This document shows positions 56,010 to 64,000 of a DNA stretch of 64,000 nucleotides, piece after piece. The stretch covers positions 227,029 to 291,028 of the forward strand of contig CAJINV010000011.1 of the NCBI GenBank assembly GCA_905178155.1, read 5' to 3'. Every line of letters begins with the position of its first letter. Within the stretch, counting starts at the first letter, position 1. Source of the DNA: Amoebophrya sp. A120. Its lineage: Eukaryota; Protista; Dinoflagellata. A model generated the notes under the pieces. The model had not been told where the DNA came from. It worked only from the letters and a program-made list of their open reading frames with translations, and searched no databases. A program made the position numbers and the translations under genes.

Positions 56010-59000
56010 CCCGGCGGGCCCGGCCGAGGGGCGGCCAAGCGGAACGGGCGGCCCTGTTTTGCGTTCTTTTTGCGCGGGCGCCATACCTTCGGCGGAATCA
56101 GACTTCTGGAAGCCCGGCAAGCGGAACGGGCGGCCCCGTTTTGCCATCTTCTTGCGCGCCATGCCTTCGGCGGAATCAGGAATCTCAGCAGACGGAACGG
56201 GCGGCCCCGTTTTGCCATCTTTTGCGCGCCATACCCTCGGCGGACTTGGAATTCTGAAAGCCCGGCCGAGGGGCGGCCACGCGGAACGGGCGGCCCCGTT
56301 TTGCCTTCTTTTTGCGCGCCATACCTTCGGCGGAATCAGAATTCTGGAGACCCGGCAAGCGGAACGGGCGGCCCCGTTTTGCCATCTTTTTGCGCGCCAT
56401 ACCGGCGGCGGAATCAGGATGGAATACGGAAGCTCGGCAAGCGGAGCGGGCGGCCCCGTTTTGCCATCTTTTTGCGCGCCATACCGTCGGCGGACTTAGA
56501 ATTCTGAAAGCCCGGCCGAGGGGCGGCCAAGCGGAACGGGCGGCCCCGTTTTGCCTTCTTTTTGCGCGCCATACCTTCGGCGGAATCAGAATTCTGGAAG
56601 CCCGGCAAGCGGAACGGGCGGCCCCGTTTTGCCATCTTTTTGCGCGCCATACCTTCGGCGGAATCAGAAATCTGGAAGCTCGGCAAGCGGAACGGGCGGC
56701 CCCGTTTTGCCATCTTTTTGCGCGCCATACCATCGGCGGACTTAGAATTCTGAAAGCCCGGCCGAGGGGCGGCCAAGCGGAACGGGCGGCCCCGTTTTGC
56801 CTTCTTTTTGCGCGCCATACCTTCGGCGGAATCAGAAATCTGGAAGCTCGGCAAGCGGAACGGGCGGCCCCGTTTTGCCATCTTTTTGCGCGCCATACCA
56901 TCGGCGGACTTAGAATTCTGAAAGCCCGGCCGAGGGGCGGCCAAGCGGAACGGGCGGCCCCGTTTTGCCTTCTTTTTGCGCGCCATACCTTCGGCGGAAT
57001 CAGAAATCTGGAAGCCCGGCAAGCGGAACGGGCGGCCCCGTTTTGCCATCTTTTTGCGCGCCATACCTTCGGCGGAATCAGAAATCTGGAAGCTCGGCAA
57101 GCGGAACGGGCGGCCCCGTTTTGCCATCTTTTTGCGCGCCATACCATCGGCGGACTTAGAATTCTGAAAGCCCGGCCGAGGGGCGGCCAAGCGGAACGGG
57201 CGGCCCCGTTTTGCCTTCTTTTTGCGCGCCATACCTTCGGCGGAATCAGAATTCTGGAAGCCCGGCAAGCGGAACGGGCGGCCCCGTTTTGCCATCTTTT
57301 TGCGCGCCATACCTTCGGCGGAATCAGAAATCTGGAAGCTCGGCAAGCGGAACGGGCGGCCCCGTTTTGCCATCTTTTTGCGCGCCATACCATCGGCGGA
57401 CTTAGAATTCTGAAAGCCCGGCCGAGGGGCGGCCAAGCGGAACGGGCGGCCCCGTTTTGCCTTCTTTTTGCGCGCCATACCTTCGGCGGAATCAGAATTC
57501 TGGAAGCCCGGCAAGCGGAACGGGCGGCCCCGTTTTGCCATCTTTTTGCGCGCCATACCTTCGGCGGAATCAGAAATCTGGAAGCTCGGCAAGCGGAACG
57601 GGCGGCCCCGTTTTGCCATCTTTTTGCGCGCCATACCATCGGCGGACTTAGAATTCTGAAAGCCCGGCCGAGGGGCGGCCAAGCGGAACGGGCGGCCCCG
57701 TTTTGCCTTCTTTTTGCGCGCCATACCTTCGGCGGAATCAGAATTCTGGAAGCCCGGCAAGCGGAACGGGCGGCCCCGTTTTGCCATCTTTTTGCGCGCC
57801 ATACCTTCGGCGGAATCAGAATTCTGGAAGCCCACTCACAAGCGGAACGGGCGGCCCTGCTTTGCCACCTTTTTGCGCGCCATACCTTCGGCGGAATCAG
57901 AAATCTGGAAGCTCGGCAAGCGGAGCGGGCGGCCCCGTTTTGCCATCATTTTGCGCGCCATACCATCGGCGGACTTAGAATTCTGAAAGCCCGGCCGAGG
58001 GGCGGCCAAGCGGAACGGGCGGCCCCGTTTTGCCTTCTTTTTGCGCGCCATACCTTCGGCGGAATCAGAATGCTGGAAGCCCGGCAAGCGGAACGGGCGG
58101 CCCCGTTTTGCCATCTTTTTGCGCGCCATACCACCGGCGGAGTCAGGAATCTGGGAGCTCGGCAAGCGGAGCGGGCGGCCCCGTTTTGCCATCTTTTTGC
58201 ATTGCGCGCCATACCGTCGGCGGCCTTAGAGTTCTGAAAGCCCGGCCGGGGGGCGGCCTAGGTAGCGGAGCGGGCGGCCCCGTTTTGCCTTCTTTTTGCG
58301 CGCCATACCTTCGGCGGAGTCAGAATTCTGGAAGCCCGGCAAGCGGAACGGGCGGCCCTGTTTTGCCATCTTTTTGCGCGCCATACATTCGGCGGAATCT
58401 ATCTGGAAGCTCGGCAAGCGGAACGGGCGGCCCCGTTTTGCCATCTTTTTGCGCGCCATACCCTCGGCGGACTTAGAATTCGGAAAGCCCGGCCGGGGGG
58501 CGGCCAAGCGGAACGGGCGGCCCCGTTTTGCCTTCTTTTTGTGCGCCATACCGTCGGCGGAATCAGAATTCCGGAAGCCCGGCAAGCGGAGCGGGCGGCC
58601 CCGTTTTGCCATCTTTTTGCGCGCCATGCCATCGGCGGAATCAGGGAGGAATCTGGAAGCTCGGCAAGCGGAGCGGGCGGCCCCGCTTTGCCATCTTTTT
58701 GCGCGCCATACCGTCGGCGGACTTAGAGTTCTGAAAGCCCGGCCGAGGGGCGGCCTAGGTAGCGGAGCGGGCGGCCCCGTTTTGCCTTCTTTTTGCGCGC
58801 CATACCTTCGGCGGAATCAGAATTCTGGAAGCCCGGCAAGGGGAACGGGCGGCCCTGTTTTGCCACCTTTTTGCGCGCCATACCTTCGGCGGGGTCAGGA
58901 ATCTGGAAGCTCGGCAAGCGGAACGGGCGGCCCCGTTTTGCCATCTTTTTGATTGCGCGCCATACCTTCGGCGGACTTAGATTTCTGAAAGCCCGGCCAA

Positions 59001-59172
59001 GGGGCGGGCGGCCAAGCGGAACGGGCGGCCCCATTGTGCCTTCTTCTTGCGCGCCATACCTTCGGCGGGGTCAGAATTCTGGAAGCCCGGCAAGCGGAAC
59101 GGGCGGCCCCGTTTTGCCATCTTTTTGCGCGCCATGCCCTTGGCGGAATCAGGAATCTGGAGGCTTGGCAAG
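56010..59172. repeat. Satellite 2: 78/78/90-bp units forming a 246-bp higher-order repeat
   Basis: Core GCGGAACGGGCGGCCCCGTTTTGCC; 246-bp periodicity (56965, 57211, 57457, 57703). Confidence 0.97.
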
Positions 59173-60750
59173 CGGGAATGGGCGGCACGCCCGCCCCGGA
59201 AGCGTCCAAAAATCCTTCCCGGCCCGGTACAAGAAAAGTCATCTGCAGATTACTGCGGGAATGGGGGGCAAGCTGGCCCCGACGGCGTCCAAAAATCCGT
59301 CGCGGCCAGGTGCAAAAGTGCTCTGCAGATTGGTGCGGGAATGGGTGGCGCGCTGGCTTCGAAGCCTCCCAAAAATCCCTCCCTGCCGAAGGCAAAAATG
59401 CTCTGGAGATTACTGCGGGAATGGGCGGCACGCTGGCCCCGAAGGCGTCCAAAAATCCCTCGCGGCCAGGTGCAAAAGTGCTCTGCAGATTGCTGCGGGA
59501 ATGGGCGGCACGCTGGCCCCGACGGCGTCCAAAAATCCCTCGCGGCCAGGTGCAAAAATGCTCTGCAGATTGGTGCGGGAATGGGTGGCACGCTGGCATC
59601 GAAGCCTCCCAAAAACCCCTCCCTGCCGAAGGCAGAAATGCTCTGCAGATTACTGCGGGAAGGGGCGGCACGCTGGCCCCGAAGGCGTCCCAAAATCCTT
59701 CGTGGCCAGGTGCAAAAGCGCTCTGCAGATTGGTGCGGGAATGGGTGGCACGCTGGCTGCGAAGCCAGGCCCGCCCCTGAATGAAGGCAAAAATGCTCTG
59801 CACATTACTGCGGGAAGTGGCGGCACGCTGGCCCCGAAGCCGTCCAAATACCCTTCGCGGCCCGGTGCAAAAGTGCTCTGCAGATTACTGCGGGAATGGG
59901 CGGCACGCTGGCCCCGAAAGCGTCCAAAAAATCCCTCGCCGCCGGGTGCCAAAGTGGTCTGCAGATTACTGCGGGAATGGGCGGCACGCTGGCCCCACCG
60001 GCGTGCAAAAATCCCTCGCGGCCAGGTGCAAAAGCGCTCTGCAGATTGGTGCGGGAATGGGTGGCGCGCTGGCATCGAAGCCTCCCAAAAACCCCTCCCT
60101 GCCGAAGGCAAAAATGCGCTGCAGATAACTGCGGGAGGGGGCGGCACGCTGGCCCCGAAGGCGTCCAAAAATCCTTCGCGGCCAGGTGCAAAAGCGCTCT
60201 GCAGATTGGTGCGGGAATGGGTGGCACGCTGGCTTCGAAGCCTCCCAAAAGTCCGTCCCTGACCGAAGGCAAAAATGCTCTGCAGATTACTGCGGGAATG
60301 GGCGGCACGCTGGCCCCGAAGCCGTCCAAATATCCTTCGCGGCCCGGTGCAAAAGTGCTCTGCAGATTACTGCGGGAATGGGCGGCACGCTGGCCCCGAC
60401 GGCGTCCAAAAATTCCTCGCTGCCAGATGCAAAAGTGCTCTGCAGATTGGTGCGGGAATGGGTGGCGCGCTGGCTTCGAAGCCTCCCAAAAATCCCTCCC
60501 TGCCGAAGGCAAAAATGCTCTGCAGATTACTGCGGGAATGGGCGGCACGCTGGCCCCGAAGGCGTCCAAAAATCCTTCGCGGCCAGGTGCAAAAGTGCTC
60601 TGCAGATTAGTGCGGGAATGGGCGGCACGCTGGCCCCAAAGCTTTCCAAAAAGCCCTCCCTGATCGAAGGCAAAAATGCTCTGCAGATTAGTCCGGGAAC
60701 GGGCGGAACGGTGGCCCCGAAGCCACCTTCCCGGGCCCGGGCCCGGCTCG
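59173..60750. repeat. Satellite 3: ~80-bp unit related to satellite 1
   Basis: CTCTGCAGATT..TGCGGGAATGGG(C/T)GGCACGCTGGC every ~80 bp. Confidence 0.95.
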
Positions 60751-62085
60751 GGTGAAGCTTCTGGGAGAGAAGCCAAAGTGGCACCGTCCAGAGAGGAAGC
60801 CTTTATTCGGGCGGCTGCGACCTTTGAATAATTTCACCATTCCCTCGTGCAAAGCTTACGAAACAGTCGCCAAAGTGGCGCCGTCCGGAAAGCCCTCGCT
60901 TGGGCGCCTGCGACCTTTGAATAATTTCGCCATGCCGTCGGGTGAAGCTTCTGAAAGGGAAGCCAAAGTGGTGCCATCCGGAAACCCCCATTTGGGCGGC
61001 TGCGACCTTTGAATAATTTCGCCATGCCATCGGGTGAAGCTTCTGAAAGAGAAACCAAAGGGGCGCCATCCGGAAGCCCTTCATTTGGGTGGCTGCGACC
61101 TTTGAATAATTGCGCCATGCCGTCGGGTGAAGCTTCTTCAAGGGAAGCCAATAAAGTGGCACCGCCCAGAAAGGAAGCCATCACTTGGGCGGCTGCGACC
61201 TTTGAATAATTTCACCATTCCCTCGTGCAAAGCTTACGAAACAGGCGCCAAAGTGGTGCCGTCCAGAAAGCCCTCGCTTGGGCGGCTGCGACCTTTGAAT
61301 AGTTTTGCCATGCCGTTGGGTGAAGCTTCTGAAAGGGAAGCCAAAGTGCGCCATCCGGAAACTTCCCATTTGGGCGGCTGCGACCTTTGAATAATTTCGC
61401 CATGCCATCGAGTGAAGCCTCTGAAAGAGAAACCAAAGTGGCGCCATCCGGAAACCCTTCATTTGGGTGGCTGCGACCTTTGAATAATTGCGCCATGCCG
61501 TCGGGTGAAGCTTCTTCAAGGGAAGCCAAAGTGGCACCGTCCAGAGAGGAAGCCTTTATTTGGGCGGCTGCGACCTTTGAATAATTTTACCATTCCCTCG
61601 TGCAAAGCTCACAAAACGGGCGCCAACGTTGCGCCGTCCGGAAGGGGAGTCCTCATTTGGGCGGCTGCGACCTTTGAATAATTGCGCCATGCCGTCGGGT
61701 CAAGCTTCTTCAAGGGAAGCCAAAGCGGCACCGTCCAGAAAGGAAGCCCTTATTTGGGCGGCTGCGACCTTTGAATAATTTCACCATTCCCTCGTGCAAA
61801 GCTTACGAAACGGTCGCCCAAGTGGCGCCGTCTGAAAAGCCCCAATTTGCACGGCTGCGACCTTTGAATATTTCTCCCCTGCCCTCAAGTGAAGCTTCTG
61901 AGAGGGAATCCAAAGTGGCGCCATCCGCAAACTCCCCATTTGGGCGGCTGCGACCTTTGAATAATTTTGCTATGCCTTCGTGTGACGCTTCTGAAAGGGA
62001 AGCCAAAGTGGCGCCATCCGGAAACCCTGCATTTTGGCGGCGGCGACCTTTGAATAATTTCGCCAGGCCTTCGGGATAAGCTTCT
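60751..62085. repeat. Satellite 4: ~93-bp unit with ~378-bp four-unit higher-order structure
   Basis: GCTGCGACCTTTGAATAATT recurs at ~60815, 60908, 61000, 61093, 61193... Confidence 0.95.
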
Positions 62086-62114
62086 GCCCCACGTCCCACC
62101 CCGAATGCTGTGCT

Positions 62115-64000
62115 TTCCCCCCCGGCCACACCAAGCCGGGGCTCACGCCCGGTCCCGAGATACGGCGCTTGCCCCATGTCCCATCATTCAAGACTCACGC
62201 CCGGTCCCCGCATGCTGTGCTCCCCCCTCCCCCACCAAGCCGGGGCTCGCGCCCGATCCCCGGATGCTGTGCTTGGCCCATGTCCTATAGGACGGGGCTC
62301 GCGCCTGGTCCCAGGAGGCGGTGCTGCTGCCCGTGTCCTCGGGGACACGGCTCGCGCTGCTGCCTTCTGTCCCATGAGACGGGGCTCGCGTCCGGTCCCA
62401 TGAGGCGGTGCTGCGGCCCGTGCCCCCTGGGACAGGGCTCGTGCTGCTGCCTTCTGTCCCATGAGACGGGGCTCGCGCCCGGTCCCGGGAACCCATGCTG
62501 CTGCCTCGTGTCCAATGACACGGGGCTCGTGCTGCTGCCCCCTGTCCCATGAGACGGGGCTCGTGCTGCTGCCCCCTGTCCCATGCAACGGGGCTCGCGT
62601 CCGGTCCTGCGTGGCCGCGCTGCTGCCTCGTGTCCCATGCGACGGGGCTCGTGCTGCTGCCCCATGTCACATGAGACGGGGCTCGCGTCCGGTCCCGCGA
62701 GGCCGTGCGGCTGCCCATGTCCCATGAGACGGGGCTCGTGCTGCTGTGCCCTGTTGTCCCATGAGACGGGGCTCGTGCTGCTGCCCCATGTCCCATGAGA
62801 CAGGGCTCGCGCCCGGTCCCTCGAGGCGGTGCTGCTGCCCATGTCCCATGAGACGGGGCTCGTGCTGCTGTCCCCTGTCCCATGAGACGCGGCTCGCGCC
62901 CGGTCCCGGGAACCCGTGCTGCTGCCTCGTGTCCCATGACACGGTGCTCGTGCTGCTGCCCCATGTCCCATGAGACGGGGCCCGCGCCCGGTCCCAGGAG
63001 GCGGCGCTGTTGCCCATGTCCCATGAGACGGGGCTCGTGCTGCTGCCCCATGTCCCATGAGACGGGGCTCGTGCTGCTGCCCCCTGTCCCATGAGACGGG
63101 GCTCGTGCTGCTACCCCCGTCCCATGAGACGGGGCTCGTGCTGCTGCCCCCGGTCCCATGCGACGGGGCTCGTGCTGCTGCCCCTTGTTCCATGAGACGG
63201 GGCTCGCGCCCGGTCCCGGGAGGCCGTGCTGCTGCCTCGTGTCCCATGAGACGGGGCTCGTGCTGCTGCCCATGTGCCATGAGACGGGGCTCATGCTGCT
63301 GCCCCGCTGTCCCATGAGACGGGGCTCGCGCCCGGTCCCGGGAACCCGTGCTGCTGCCTCGTGTCCCATGACACGGGGCCCGTGCTGCTTGCCCCGTGTC
63401 CCATGAGACGGGGCTCGTGCTGCTGCCCTCTGCTCCATGAGACGGGGCTCGTGCTGCTGCCCCCTGTCCCATCAGACGGGGCTCGCGCCCGGACCCTGGA
63501 GGCCGTGCTGCTGCCTCGTGTCCCACCAGCCGGGGCTCGCGCCCGGTCCCCGGATGCTGCGCTTGCCCAATGGGATGTCCCACCAGCCGGGGCTCAAGCC
63601 CGATCTCCGGACGCTGTGTCTTGCCCTGTGTCCCACTAGCCGGGGCTCGCGCCCGGTCCCGAGATGCTGTGCTTGCCCTGCGTCCCACCAGCCGGGGCTC
63701 ACGCCCGATCTCCGGATGCTGTGTCTTGCCCTGTTTCCCACTAGCCGGGGCTCGCGCCCGGTCCCGAGATGCTGTGCTTGCCCTGTGTCCCACCAGCCGG
63801 GGGGGCTCACGGGGCTCACGCCCGATCTCCGGATGCTGTGTCTTGCCCTGTGTCCCACTAGCCGGGGCTCGCGCCCGGTCCCGAGATGCTGTGCTCGCCC
63901 TGTGTCCCACCAGCCGGGGCTCACGCCCGATCTCCGGATGCTGTGTCTTGCCCTGTGTCCCACTAGCCGGGGCTCGCGCCCGGTCCCGAGATGCTGTGCT
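62115..64000. repeat. Satellite 5: interspersed ~33-bp and ~55-bp units, runs off the window
   Basis: TGTCCCATGAGACGGGGCTCG(TGCTGCTGCC/CGCCCGGTCCC), changing to TCCCAC(C/T)AGCCGGGGCTC after 63520. Confidence 0.95.

Noticed and set aside
52716-63963. Long ORFs (300-640 aa) in several frames on both strands
   Set aside because: They are translations of stop-poor GC-rich tandem repeats, open in overlapping frames with no domain signal.

Overview
Eukaryotic genomic DNA, most likely a dinoflagellate-lineage protist of the Amoebophrya/Syndiniales type (inferred from the unidirectional gene array and inverted-repeat non-canonical introns). Positions 1-52.2 kb hold nine genes, all on the minus strand: a >2,900-aa intronless DExH RNA helicase with a degenerate Mut-7/RNase D-like exonuclease domain (runs off the left edge, so it is absent from the ORF track), a GH35 beta-galactosidase-like protein lacking its nucleophile, an APE2-like AP endonuclease, two hypothetical proteins, a DUF445-like membrane protein, an AMID/FSP1-like oxidoreductase, a PACRG-like protein and a RecQ helicase. 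Six of these genes are interrupted by at least 15 non-GT-AG inserts. Each has TAT...ATA-type termini, terminal inverted repeats and a 5-bp direct repeat, and exact removal of each restores the reading frame, often inside a conserved motif. These inserts and most GT-AG introns share a TTTGTCATGC motif. Nested inside them are a TA-flanked MITE, a 15x131-bp hairpin array and an 815-bp insert with a 15-bp target duplication that looks like a decayed narna-like RNA-virus RdRp. Intergenic spacers contain GC-rich decayed retroelement-like islands and duplicated gene 5' regions. The last ~11 kb is a series of five related GC-rich satellite arrays. All translations and boundaries were read by hand; splice points within direct repeats are ambiguous by up to 5 nt.
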